A program made the translations under genes and the position numbers. Of a stretch of DNA of 64,000 nucleotides, positions 1 to 13,135 are shown one piece after another. The DNA lies in NCBI RefSeq assembly GCF_006345805.1, contig NC_042999.1:57970001-58034000 (forward strand), read 5' to 3'. Origin of the DNA: Octopus sinensis (taxonomy: Eukaryota). Numbering within the stretch: position 1 is the first letter of the stretch; every line of letters begins with the position of its first letter. Below the pieces are notes generated by a model, which searched no databases, had not been told where the DNA came from, and saw nothing but the letters and a program-made list of their open reading frames with translations.

Positions 1-2629
1 TTGAGCTAGTGTCTGCTTAATGCACAGCTCTAATGGAAATAATCATATTCTCTGTTTAGGCCCAGATTAGCCCTAATCTATCAGACCATCTTGTTTTTTT
101 TTAATTCAAGCATAGTGTATGTTGGACTATATTATTCAATGTCTTCCATTGTTTTTAAAGATGATAGTGTAATCTGAAGAAGGTTTGGCTCCTATTTTTA
201 TCAGGTTCATTAGCTGCATAGAATTAATTACATTGTCATCTGTAATGTAGTTATGTGACAATAAATTATCTTGTTCATTGTATCTGTTTTGACTGATTTT
301 TTTCACATAATATTAGTAGAAGGATTGTAGTAGAAGTTCAATGTAAATTGAGTTTGAAATTATAAATTTGGAAGTACAAAAATATTAAAGATTGATAAAA
401 ACTCAGTAATATTTAATGGTTTTGTTTATTATGTTGAAAAACTGGAGGTAGAATTGGAATATTATGAATACTAGTGGGTATATATTAAATTTAGTTTGCA
501 AAGTAAGATGAAAATGTTTTCGAAGTGGTGAGAATAGGTTGCTTTAGGAGTATTACAGAAAGTGATTGTGTGAATGTATTAGTTACTGGATGTGTGATAC
601 AAGCAAGTATTGTTTGTTATGAATCTAGTTTGGAATTGAGGACAATAAACAAGATTCTGTTGAAAATTTTGTCATAGTTCTTAGTATGCAGATAAATATT
701 TCAAGGTTTGAGTTCTTTGGTGCAAAGTTCACAAAACAAATTTTTCATACAAGGAAAAAAATTACTTGTCTACCCCCCCCCCCCCCGATTGAAATTTAAA
801 CTGTTTATGATTTACTAAACTTTAAAAGATAATGTCCTATTCCTCCCTTGAATGAGGTATAACTAGGGGGCAACCTCCTGCTAATAATACACATCTGAGT
901 AAGAAGTGTTCCTTGTCAGGAATTTTTTAAAGATTTTTTTTTTCTGATAAGATTTAGATTGCAGGATACTATGGATTGGGGAATAAATATAGAGTATAGA
1001 ATCATCGACCAAAGAATGTGAGAATTTTTGAAGTGCTTATTCTGACAGAAACTGGCCTGTCATTAGTAGAGAAGCTGACAATGATTCACTTTCTTTCAAA
1101 TAACTTGCTGGTTATTTATGAAAACTGAATCCAAACTTTCTTGTACGATCTTTTATTAGTAAACTTAGTAAACACAATAAATTGATGTTCCACAAGTTTT
1201 TGAAAATCAATATTTTCTTGATCACTTTTAGATTCTTATTACTGTTTCTGTTAGTTTTTATTGTATTCTTTATTGGTATAAAATTGTATAACCTATGCTA
1301 AGAAATATAGATAGGTCTTCCTAGCATGTAAATGTGAAATATATTGAATTACTACTGGAATAATCATTGATTTACTCACAACCATTTTAAACTATAGGGT
1401 GTGGGGTGTTTGTTTTCACTCTTAGATATATATATATGTTACTTTGTCTCTTTGTCTTGTAATCTGACCTTATTGTTTAGCCCCAGATCAACCTTGATTG
1501 AGCAGCTCTATGAGGAAAGGCATTTTAGCTGTTTCTTTTTGTTATTTAAGACAGTAAGATGTGATTTGGTTACTATTGTTTGTAGTTCAAGTGACCGTAC
1601 GAAAACATTAGGTTGACTATGTAAATAAGAACAGTGAATTGGCAGAGTGATAGAGTAGTATTTGTCGGTTCAAATCCCACCGAGGACAATTTTTTGCTTT
1701 TCATCCTTTTGGGTCAGTTAAATTAAATACTAGTTTTGACTGGTGAACTGATAGGATAATTTGATAGAGCATTGGATAAGAATTTTTGATGCTTATTCTG
1801 GTTTTTTGCATCCTAAGTTCTTGGGTGGTAGACTTAATTCATTGTTAGGTTTCACATCATGACCCAGTCCTTGATTACCTTTAACAGAGTACATTCTTTT
1901 GGAAGTCTTTGGGCTAGGCTTCTAGTTTGAGGATAACCAGAGGCCATTTTATAGGAAAAATCTTTTCTGTTTTGCCCTCTTAATGAGTGTACTCATGTGG
2001 GACTTTTAAGTTTGAAATGACAAGTTTTTCTCAAACACATCTACTTGTGAGCATATTTAACTCATTACTCATGATGTCCTTATTAACTTCCTCCTATTTG
2101 AGACTTGATTAAATGTCATGATTTCTGGCTTGAATTTCATTAACCCAGTTAAATATATTTTGTTAGGTATATCTATCTGCCATATTCATTCATTATATTA
2201 GAGATTTATGTGTTTGAAATAATTAAATTTATATAATTAATAGATATAAATAATCAACATATGTAAATATGTTTATTGGGGTACATAAGTCATGTGGGTT
2301 AGATGGGTTTTCTAAGGCAGCATTTAATGTTTGGATAGCTTTCTTGTTACCAAATTCTTTAGTCTGCTCTTATGAAATGCAGGGTCATATTATACCTATT
2401 CTAAAAAGAGGATCACATTGTGTGTGTGTGTGTGTTTGTATGTATGTGTGTATGTATATTACACACACACACACTTTCTCTGTGTGGGCTTGGGAAAATA
2501 TTACCTTGCTTGGAAGCTGATGAAAGTTGGCAATAGGAAGGGCATCTAACCATAGAAAATATGCCTCAAATAAACACTATTGAATCCATGCAAGCATGGA
2601 AAAGAGGATGTTAAATGGTCTCGCACACA

Positions 2630-2886
2630 CATCATCATCATCATCGTGGTTTAACGTCTGCTTTCCATGCTAGCATGGGTTGGACGATTTTGATTGAGGG
2701 CTGGCGAATCAGACGGCCACACCAGGCTCCAATCTTGATCCGTCAGAGTTTCTACAGCTGGATGCCCTTCCTAACGCCAACCACTCCGAGAGTAGTGGGT
2801 GCTTTTTACGTGCCAGTCAGGCGGTACTGGCAATGACCTCGCTTGAATCTTTTTACACATGCCACCGGCACAGGTGCCAGTAAGGC
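2630..2886 (-). mobile_element. RTE 3'-end fragment
   Basis: (CAT)n then TTTAACGTC..TTTCCATGCTAGCATGGGTTGGAC..GGATGCCCTTCCTAACGCCAACCACTC. Confidence 0.85.
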
Positions 2887-3349
2887 ACACACACTTTAGT
2901 ATTAACATACATGCCATTCATGCAAACCATGTATAGGTTTTAATGCTATCTGTCCATTATCACAACATAAATTGAACTTGGGAATTGTTTTTGAGTTTCT
3001 TTAAATCCTTTCCTTTCATCCTGTCATTGGACCACATTTTGAATATTTAACATTCATTTTCCCTGTCATCAAATTCATTGTTTTCCATTTGGAAATAATC
3101 TCCATCTTTTCTGGTTGTTTTTGAAGTAGCCACTGCAGCCCACTGCTTCTCAAAGTTATTTTGTTTAATCTCTATATGATTTTCCTAAAATAGCAGAACC
3201 CATGTTTACATATTTCATGGAAAAACCCTAACACCATAGTTTTATGAAACAACAATTGTTTTAGAGAAAGAATTTATTCATATTAAAAAATAAAAACTTT
3301 TTAAAAAATTAGTTTCAAATAGGTGGATATCATTTTCTTTTCTTTAATT

Positions 3350-3505
3350 ACACTCTCGGAGTGGTTGGCATTAGGAAGGGCATCCAGCTGTAGAAACACT
3401 GCCAGATCAGATTGGGCCTGGTGCAGCCTCCTGGCTTCCCAGACCCCAGTCAAACCGTCCAACCCATGCTAGCATGGAAAGCGGACGTTAAATGATGATG
3501 ATGAT
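3350..3505 (+). mobile_element. RTE 3'-end fragment
   Basis: Same tail in sense orientation, ending ATGATGATGAT. Confidence 0.85.
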
Positions 3506-3996
3506 AATTTTATCAAAAGATGCCTTGCCTCAGAGAACCTACATTAGGAAACACTGCTTTAGTGAATCTCTGTTTCATGCTTGTGTGTCGTTCGTCCAGG
3601 AGTTTGAAGTTATTCTTGTATTAGCTTCTCTTGTCGATTTCTTGTCTTTGTGATGTTTGATCTTGTGTTTCATGTGCTCTCGGTGCATTAGTCATCCGTC
3701 TGTAATTTTCTCAGCTCCACAGTCTTTGCTCCTGAGTTTGTTGTAAGCTGCAAGAAATATATTCTGTCATTAGCACAATGTCTCTTTCCACTGAGTGACA
3801 TTGTTTTTCCTTTTTTTCTCCCGCCCATTACACTTTCTGCTTCATTCCTTCACTTTCTATCTCTTAAAACTTTCTAAGTGTGTATGTGCTCTGTTTTCCT
3901 CCTCTTGAATGAAACAAAGAAGTTCTTGTTTAGTGTTAAAAAGTGAAAATTAGAAAATAGAAAACATTGCCATTACTTTTTTGTTTTTGAAAAGTC

Positions 3997-4035
<39 letters not shown>

Positions 4036-4469
4036 AAATTTATAATTATAATTAACCATAATTACAATAGAGGGCACATGAGGCACCTACCTGCTAGAAA
4101 GAGGAGCTAAATCCTCAAGTAAATCACCAAATTACACTGAAATATACACCAGATCAACAATAAAAATATCTATATAAGTATTCATTCCTCATATATGTGT
4201 GTGTGTGTGTGTGTATTAAAAGATTATTTCACTCCTAATTCAATATATATATGTATATATAATCAACCACATATACCTAACATGTTTTGTGTATTTGCTG
4301 TTAGTAGGCTGCTCTTGTGGTGGAGAGAGTATTGGCCCTTTGAGAGAGAGTATTCTCTACTAGGCCAGTAGCAGCTCACTGGCCAATACACGAGGTGTAT
4401 ATGTTAATATACGTGGTTGATAGTGTTTATTACACTAGTGCTGCTTCTATTTCATATTTGAATATATAT

Positions 4470-4612
4470 ATCATCATCATCGTTTAGCGTCCATTTTCCA
4501 TGCTAGCATGGGTTGGACGGTTCAACTGGGGTCTGGGAAGCCAGAAGACTGCACCAGGCCCAGTCTGATCTGGCAATGTTTCTACGGCTGGATGCCCTTC
4601 CTAACGCCAAAT
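4470..4612 (-). mobile_element. RTE 3'-end fragment
   Basis: Same tail sequence after (CAT)n. Confidence 0.85.
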
Positions 4613-5105
4613 GCCCTTCCTATTGCTCCCCCTTACCTGTGTTTCAGGTAAGGAATCTCTTATTCAGTCTGTCTCTAAAAGTGCAACGCTAGCAGAAAAT
4701 GGTGGACAGGGGAAATGACAACAGCACTACTGCTTGCAGCTCAGTGATTTTTGAGGAAGCACAAATATAAACAGACATAAATACATACATAAAGCAGACA
4801 TATATAATACATGCATGATGATCAGTTATCATCATTTAACATTTGTTTTTCATGGGTTGGATGGTTTGACAGGAGCTGACTGGATAGAAGACTGCACCAG
4901 GTTTCACTGTCTGTTTTAGCCTGGTTTTTATGGTTGAATGTTCATCTTAATGCCAACCACCTTACAAAGTGGACTGAGTGTTTTCTACATGGCAATGTAT
5001 GTATGTATACGCACATATATATCATCATCATATGGCTGGATGCTCTTCCTAACTCCAGCCACCTTACAGACTGGACTGAGTGCTTTTTTCCATGGCACCA
5101 GTGAA

Positions 5106-5156
5106 GCTGTCATATATATACATGTATATGTATATATATGTGTGTGTGTGTGTATG

Positions 5157-5213
<57 letters not shown>

Positions 5214-5355
5214 CTTGTTTTTTCTGTGTCCCTTTCTGTAGAAGAGTGTAGGCTCAAAACGTAAAAGATTTTTTTCTCTTCCTGAGCGTTATACTAATAC
5301 ATGTGTTTGTTTTGTACACCACCTGTCTTCGTCTTTTGTTTTTTTCGTAAACTCT

Positions 5356-5420
<65 letters not shown>
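5106..5420. repeat. Compound (TA)n/(TG)n/(CA)n microsatellites (similar tracts at ~4000, 7140-7257, 8985-9080, 36945, 62655 and 62955)
   Basis: Directly visible dinucleotide runs. Confidence 0.95.
5213..5358 (+). mobile_element. Short microsatellite-embedded element with a decayed minimal hammerhead (Penelope-like)
   Basis: CTTT-CTGTAGA-A-GAGT gtag GCTC-AAAA-CGT-A-AAAG at 5232-5267; flanked by (TA)n(CA)n and (TA)n(TG)n. Confidence 0.45.
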
Positions 5421-6179
5421 AGACAGGTTTTTTCAGTTTCTGTCTACCATATCTACTCAAAAAGCTTTGTTTGGTTGGCCAGAGCCTGTTGTTGCCCAAG
5501 ATGCTGTGCAGTAAGAATGTACTTGATATCATGTGATTGGGAAATGACCTTTTAACCAGTCATGCATGCACACACATGTATTCACATGCATGCATATATA
5601 TATATATATATATATATATCTGTACAAATAATACATGCAAAATTATGAGGCAAAGAAGAGACAAAAAAAATAATACATGGAGTCAGATAAGCAAAAATGC
5701 ACAAAACAAAAAGAACTAGAAATACCAAGGGAAAATAAAGAAGTGTTAAATGAAAATAAAAATGCCAGTGGAAGAAACAGAAGAGAATCTAATATTTAAA
5801 AGTCATGCTTGTTATAAGAGAAGAAAAGGGATTAAGAGAAGCATATACATGATACCAAATTAAGATGCTTTTTTTTTTTGCGCATGTTGGGCTCAGGATA
5901 GAATAAAACTGGGGACAGGCTTGAAGGGCTAGAAGTGGAAACACCTGTATTACAATGAGGGTAAGTGTGGAGTGAGGGCAACATAGAAAGATAATAAACT
6001 ACATGAGGAGAAGAATGCAATGCTTACAACACCAAAGTTTGTATGTGTCTATATTGTGAAGTGTAGTTAAATGTGCAATATTTTCATTTGTGCAGAGGTT
6101 AAATAGAATCGGTTGTGTCAAGGAATATAGTATAAATGTAGCTACATGTGTGTGTGTGTATGTATGTATATATATATAT

Positions 6180-6965
6180 ATCATCATCATTTAACGTCTG
6201 TTTTGCATGCTGCCATGGGTTGGACGGTTTGACTGAGGTCTGGAGAGCCAGCAGCTCCACCAGACTCCAATCTGATCTGGCAAAGGATACCCTTCCTAAC
6301 GCCAACCATTTTGAGGTTGTAGTAGGTACTTTTTATGTGCCACCAGCACAGGAGCCAGTCAGTCAGGCAGGCCTGGCATCAATCATGTTCAGATAGTGCT
6401 TTTTACATGCCACTGGCACGAGAGCCAGTCAGGGTGTACTGGCATCGGCCACGTTTGGGTGTTGCTTTCTACGTGCCACTAGCACAAGGGCCAGTCAGGT
6501 GAACCTGGCATTGACCACGTTAGGATAATATGTATGAGCCAGTCAGGGTGTACTGGCATCGGCCACTTTTGGATGGTGCTTTTTACGTGCCACTAGCACA
6601 AGAGCCAGTCAGGTGGACCTGGCAATGACCACGTTAGGATGATATCTATATGTATATATATCATCCTAGCATGGTCAATTCTAGGTCCATGTAACTGGCC
6701 CTTGTGCTAGTGGCACGTAGAAAGCACCATCCAAACATGACCGATGCCAGTACACCCTGACTGGCTCTCATGCCAGTGGCATGTAAAAAGCACTATCTGA
6801 ACATGATTGATGCCAGGCCTGCCTGACTGACTGGCTCCTATGCTGGTGGCACATAAAAAGTACCCACTACAACCTCAAAGTGGTTGGCGTTAGGAAGGGT
6901 ATCCTTTGCCAGATCAGATTGGAGTCTGGTGGAGCTGCTGGCTCTCCAGACCTCAGTCAAACCGT
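6180..6965. repeat. RTE 3'-end fragment (-) followed by its own inverted copy (fold-back)
   Basis: 6659-6965 is the reverse complement of 6224-~6520; the centre is a TA-rich tract at ~6645-6660. Confidence 0.9.
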
Positions 6966-7185
6966 ATAAGGTTAAAATCTATACAAGATTTTGGGTAACC
7001 ACAAACACACACATATAAATATTTAACAGAAGTAACAGAGTGACTCAAGGTCTGAGAGTTTCATGTGTTGGCTCTTACTCTATTACTTCTGCTAAATATT
7101 AATAAAAATATACACATACTCATATTTTGAGTTCTATTTTTTCTGTTTGCATCAACATACCTATATATATATGTGTGTGTATATA

Positions 7186-7251
<66 letters not shown>

Positions 7252-7257
7252 ATATAC

Positions 7258-7685
7258 AGGGTATGATGGGTAAATTGTCCCCATTTTATATTTTTAATTT
7301 CATGCATGCACATAGCTGTTTTTGATTTTGTTGACTACACAGTATGGTAGGGTCTGTTGGGCATCATCTGTGAAAACAACAGCATCATGGCACAATTCAC
7401 TCTGCCAAAAATTTTGGAAATGGCATGCTGTACTGCTTGGCATTCACGTTGGAAGCTCCAATGAACATTTCAGAGGTTTCGAGTGTCAATCTGAGGATAT
7501 GTACAGAGAGTGATAAAAATCGTACATCATTATGATGTTTTAGAGATCACTAGTGATGGCGGCGTTATGCCTCTGTTCATCTTCCCACATGCCCTCGAAC
7601 TCAATGTGGAGGCCTACATCAAGTGCCTGGAGGAGGTAGTGCTGCACTGGGTCAAGAGAGTGGCTGCTGGATGACCTTATGTGCA
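7258..7685 (+). mobile_element. Deleted Tc1/mariner-superfamily element (maT/DD37D-like)
   Basis: TA-CAGGG start; HTH-like WHAVLLGIHVGSSN; catalytic-region fragment ITSDGGVMPLFIFPH.LELNVEAYIKCLEEVVLHWVK. Confidence 0.55.
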
Positions 7686-7699
7686 TGGTGCTGAAGGAC

Positions 7700-8345
7700 C
7701 TTAGTGTGCATGCACACTGTTTGGAGAGGAGTGTATGAGTCACACAAAAGCATATGAGTGGCTCAGATGTTTCCAAGATGGCCAAAAAAATGTCAATATT
7801 GACAAACCATCTAGGAGACCTGCAACCAGTAGAACAGAGAAAAACATTGCAGATGTGTGTTGCTGTGAGGAGAAATCGTCAAATCACCATCCGTGAGTTA
7901 TCAGAGGATGTGCAGATTAGTTATGGTTCAGTTCAGTCCATTATCACTGAAGATTTGGGTATGAGATGTGTGTCTGCCAAGTTTGTGCCAAAACTGCTTT
8001 CAGCCAACCAAAAAGACACTCAGGTTTCAGTTACACAAGATCTTTTTGATTGTGTCGAGAATGATGAAAACTTTGCATAGGCCTCTGACCAGGTATCGCC
8101 AAGCTTATGGCAAAATTTCATTCAGACTCTGCTCAACTTTCTCTGTCATGGTCAATGCGACAATCACACACTACACCTCTTCCTTCCAAGCACTGCTGCA
8201 AACAATGGAATTGAGCTAGAATGTTAAAACTTAGTGTGCATGCACAGCAGAGTTCAAGGTCAATCTGTGCCAAGCAACTTCACTCTCCGTACTATCGCTT
8301 CATTACTATAGCATCAGTCTGGATACTTACTGATCAGACCATGTA
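7700..8345. mobile_element. Rearranged mariner 5' part (TIR and start codon on -, HTH segment on +)
   Basis: + strand: RRNRQITIRELSEDVQISYGSVQSIITEDLGMRCVSAKFVPKLL. - strand: TIR TACATGGTCTGATCAGTAAGTATCCAGACTG and MTEKVEQ...KLGDTWSEAYAK. Confidence 0.8.
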
Positions 8346-8989
8346 CATTCTTACATGTGTGTGTGTGTATAATCATCGTTTTAATGGTTGACTGGTTGAG
8401 ATTGAGTTTATTGAGGCAGACTTTCTACAATTAGCTGCCTTTGTTGTGTACCATCACCTGTTAAGGTCATATTTCTCCTTGGCTAGGTATGTGTTTGCAG
8501 ATTATTGGAAATGAAAGTCACCACTTGTCTGATGGTGAAACTTAATTTACAAAAATCATTTGGTGTCAAGACAAGGAGATACAAACATATATACATGTAC
8601 ACACACACAAAAGATGGGCTTTTCCTCCAGTTTTCTTTTATCAAATCCATTCACAACACTCACTTTGATCTGTAGTAAAAGACACTTGCTGAAGGTACTG
8701 CTCAGTGGGACTGAACCTGAAACCAAGTGGTTGAAAGGCAAACCCCTCTTAACCACATAACCATTTCTGCACCTACCACTGGTAAAATAAACCTTCTTTA
8801 AATGGAGAAATCCAAAGAGTTTCTTTGGTCCAATGGTTGAATGTCTATCATGTTTGCAGAGGGTGTGGATTTGAGTCTTGCAGGCAGCCTTCAATTTTTT
8901 TTTATTTGAAAGTGTTTCTTAACCCAATATTTACATAGCTTTATCTGCTTCAAGTTTCATTATTCAGTGTGAGTGGGCATATATATATA

Positions 8990-9037
<48 letters not shown>

Positions 9038-9409
9038 TATATATAGACATGTATATATATTATATATACACACACACCCACTCACATATTTCATTATTTT
9101 AATGTTCACTTTTCCCTGTTTGCATGGGTTGGATGGTGTATTTTGAAGTAGATTTTTTTTAATGATAGATGACCTTCTTGTTGCCAGCCCTCACATATTT
9201 CTAAGGTGATATTTCCCCATGGCCAAACATGTTCTTGCAGAATATTGAAAATGAATGACACTTCTTGTATGATTATCTTTTTCCTGTTATCACATAATAT
9301 CAAGACAAAGAGACAAAAACCTGCACATATACGTATATACATGTATACACACCACACACACACACACAAATAAGATGGACACATCACTCACACACACACA
9401 TATATGCTG

Positions 9410-9740
9410 AGCTGAAACTCCCTTCGGTCATGACTAACGATGAGAATGCACCTAGAAAGTTACTCTCCGAGGCACAAGTCTGGGCAAGATTGTTTATGGA
9501 AGACCAGTAGTCACCCACGCATACCGGCCTCCCCTCTCCACACCACCAGTGTTATCCAAGGGAAAGGCAAAGGCCGATACAGCTTGGCACCTGTGACATT
9601 GCAGCTCATTTCTACAGCTGAGTGAACTGGAGCAATGTGAAATAAAGTGTTTTGCTCAAGAACACAGCGTGCAGCCCGGTCCGGGATTCAAACTCACAAC
9701 CTCACGATCGTAAGCTCTACACTCTAACCATTAAGCCATG
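9410..9740 (-). mobile_element. Third tRNA-derived SINE family; partial copy 37680-37830(+)
   Basis: Minus strand reads GGCACATGGCTTAATGGTTAGAG..GAGTTTGAATCCC..GTGTTCTTGAGCAAAACACTT. Confidence 0.7.
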
Positions 9741-9930
9741 TGCCTTCATATATATATATATGAGATGGGGCTTTCTGTTTACCAAATCCACTGACAAAGC
9801 TTTGATTGGTTTGGGGCTATAGCAGAAGATGTCACGCAGTGGAACTGAAACTGGAACTATGTGCTTGGGAAGCAAATTTTTTATCACACAGCCACACCTA
9901 TCTATTTATCTGCCTGTCTGTATTGATATA

Positions 9931-10575
9931 TAAACATCTGCTTTCCATGCTGGCATGGATTGGATGGTTTGACTGAGGACTGGCAAGTCAGGAGGCAGCA
10001 CCAGGTTCCATCTGGCAAGGTTTCTACAGCTGGATGCCCTTCCTAATGCCAACCATTCCGAGAGTGTAGTGGCTGCTTTTTACGTGTTTCTGGTACAGGG
10101 GCCAGTCATGCAGTACTGGCATAGACCAAGCTCAAATGGTGCTTTTTACATGCAACCAGCACCGGAGCCAGTCCAGTGGGACTGGCAACGACCACGCTTG
10201 AATGGTGCTTTTTATGTGCTACCGGTATGGGCACCAGTTAGGCAGTACTGGCATCGACCATAACGATGATTGCACTTGACTCAATAGGTCTTCTCAAGCA
10301 CAGTACATTGCCCAAAGGTTGAAAGGTACTCTTAAATGGGCCAGTTATGACCACTGATATAGGCCACACCTACAGTTTTACTTCACTTGCCGGGTCTTCG
10401 CCAAAGGTCTCTGTCGCTTGTCATTACGTCCGTGAGGCCCAATGTTCGAAGGTCATGCTTCACCACCTCATCCCAGATCTTTTTGGGTCTACCTCTTCCA
10501 CAGGTTCCCTCCACTGTTAGGGTGTGACACTTTTTCACACAGCTGTCTTCATCCATACACAACACATGACCATAT
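9931..10575 (-). mobile_element. 5'-truncated RTE LINE copy (RT C-terminus plus 3' UTR)
   Basis: ORF 10383-10589(-) EDSCVKKCHTLTVEGTCGRGRPKKIWDEVVKHDL matches the 52840 ORF, followed by the same 3' UTR. Confidence 0.9.
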
Positions 10576-11219
10576 ATACACATACCCACATATATACATA
10601 GATGTAGGCATATATATGTATGTAGTCATTTCATATCCTTGTACATTTAAAATTATTCTCGTTTTTAAACATTTTTATACTCTTCCTGATTTACATATAC
10701 CAGAATGTGTTATCAGTGTCACGGAGTTGCAAGCCAAAGCAACTATCGGTTTGATAGGGTCATTGTTGGTAAAATGTACTGGCTTCACCTTAAGGAATAT
10801 TGTAGTATTCTAAGTTTGACAAAAACTAATTTGTTTGCCATAACCCTTTAGTGTTCAGATTATTCTCTCAAATGTGATGTTTGTTTATTTATATTGTTTT
10901 GAATTAATCATGTATTATCTTGTAGTTTAGAGATTTCAGTGATGCGGTTTTTTAAAGTTTTAGAATGACATGGTAGGGCTGAGTTAAAAGGCAAGCTCTG
11001 GTCAGTTTCAATGTAAAACAGGTTAAATATTCTGGCCGGTTTGAATGCTAAAGGGTTAATATTTTTTGTGAGTGAGGATTTTGGTAGAACGAAATCTGTC
11101 TCTCAAAACAAGGTGCCATTTACTTTTGGATTTTGGATCTTGTGTTTATTTCCACTGCATTTCTTCAATAAATTCTGTTTGCATAAAGTTTTCTGTAGTT
11201 TACTACAATTTGGCAGCAA

Positions 11220-11420
11220 GCTGTCAGAACTGTTAAGTACATCATGCAAAATGCTTAGTGGCATTTTGTTGTCTTTAGGCTCTGAGTTCAAATTTCACTG
11301 AGATTGACTTTGCTTTTCATCCTTTTGGGATCAATAAAATAAGTATCAATTGAGCACTTGGGTTGATGTAATTGACTTACCCCTCCCCAAAACTGATAGC
11401 CTTGTGCCAAAATTTAAAAC
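11220..11420 (+). mobile_element. Second tRNA-derived SINE family; other copies ~1640-1750, 29490-29680(-), 44200-44310 and 49880-50030
   Basis: B-box GAGTTCAAAT followed by GACTTTGCTTTTCATCCTTTTGGG.TC.ATAAAATAAGTA, possibly a Meta-type central domain (tentative). Confidence 0.6.
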
Positions 11421-12383
11421 CAATATTTTGCCACAATTTTTTATATTATTTTATGAAATCTTTAATGTTATATTTCTTTAAATATAATTGAAACAACACT
11501 CTAATCTCAAAGAGAAAGGTTATATTTCTGATTGAGTATACTTCGTAGAAAATAGCTATTTGAGGTGTTGGTTGTTTTACTTTTAATTCTGATGTAGTTT
11601 AGATTTTTGCATGTTCCAGACTTTCTTTTATTGTATGCTTTGAAGTATACTGTGTTTTTAAAGGGATCTCTCCTAGAATGTAATACCACAACTACCAACA
11701 TTTAACAACACACATGATGTGATATTGATAATATTTTTATAGTTTATTTCTCTTATATATTTTTGTTATATAACCTTTTGTTAAAAATAGCTTTTTTTTT
11801 AAACATTTTGTGTAAGTTTGTCTAACACTTAATTATTTTTAATTTCTTTAGTAGATAATATTTATTTATTTAAAAATTCCAGTCGTTTAACTATACTCTT
11901 TAAAGTCTAGCTTAAACAAGTTACGGTGCCAAGAAGTCTTCTGAAGTTTCACATTGGTCATGTGGCTTATGTGCTCTCTGTTGATGTAAGAAATATATTC
12001 GTCTTACTACAAACAGAGCAATTGGAGTTGGTAGTACCATGAATTGAGAAGTTGAAGGCTCTTTGTACCACAGCCTGTGTGTGAAAATGCCTGTTTGTAT
12101 TAATTTTTTTTTGCCTGAAAATTCTCACTTTTCCAGATTGTCACTTAGACATTTACTAACATAACCAAGTGTACCGGTAATTATTGGTATAAACATGGAT
12201 TTGTAATTGGGGTAGAAGTGTAGGTTTTGAAGCAGTTGTGCATAAATATTCTATGTTTTGCTGATCTCTTGGAAGAGATTATCTGCAGGGCAGTTAAACT
12301 GTATGATTTTTCTTTTCTGTTTTAAATAACTGTTTAGAGTTGGTAGAAGTATTGATGAGAATGTTCCACCAGTCTTCTGTATG

Positions 12384-13135
12384 TATGATGGTCAACTGAA
12401 AAGTTCATAGGCTGATCAAGATACTCATGGAATGTAACCAGTTGTGGTTTATTATTCAACAGGAACAACATACTCTTCTTCCATCAGTGTTGTCTTTTGC
12501 ATCCCCAAAAGCTGAGTCCATCACCTTCCCTGCAGATGAAACGACCTTGGCCTTCTTTGGAGCTGATGTGGTGGGGTGTTTCCACTGCATAGATTGTCTC
12601 TTTGTTTCTGGCCAACACTTATTCTGGTTTTCGGAAATGTTTATTGGAACCAGCTGGATCTGCCTGAAACAATGTCAGGTTCTGTTATGATGTGATCAGC
12701 CTGGTGCATTTTTGATAGGGTGTCAGATGTGGCAGCCACTGAGCAGAAACTTCAGTCATACCGAGTTCATTGTGCAGAATATTCTCAATCTGTCATAGGA
12801 TTTGCTATTTGATTTATAATCAGTTGCCTGTCCCTTCCCTTCTTAAATTCAGCTGCCCACTTTTGCACTGTTGATACAGCTTGAGCATCGGCCCCTAATG
12901 TTGCAAGTGTGTCGGCATGAATGTCCTTGGGGGTTAAACTCTTTTCCTGTAGATACTTGTTAGCACCACAAACCAAATTTTGCCCATTTTCAAGAGAAGT
13001 TGCTACTAAGTATTTTTGAAGTCTTTGAACAGTGTACCTGAAAGAAACAATGCAGATGTTAAGTTGAAATTAATGCATGCAGCTCTAGCATCACCCCTTC
13101 GTAGCCAGTCTAGAACTTTTCAGCTTACTGTTGTA
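12384..13135 (-). mobile_element. Internally deleted mariner
   Basis: Inverted termini containing CTGAAAAGTTC..A.GCT; minus-strand peptides STVQKWAAEFKKGR and PETKRQSMQWKH..SAPKKAK..SAGKVM. Confidence 0.85.

Noticed and set aside
773-786. C14 run as a G-quadruplex or regulatory signal
   Set aside because: Isolated homopolymer with no supporting context.
4938-5719. ORFs with YIYI/CVCV/THTH runs (also 14.3-14.7 kb and 62.5-63.7 kb)
   Set aside because: Translations of dinucleotide microsatellites.
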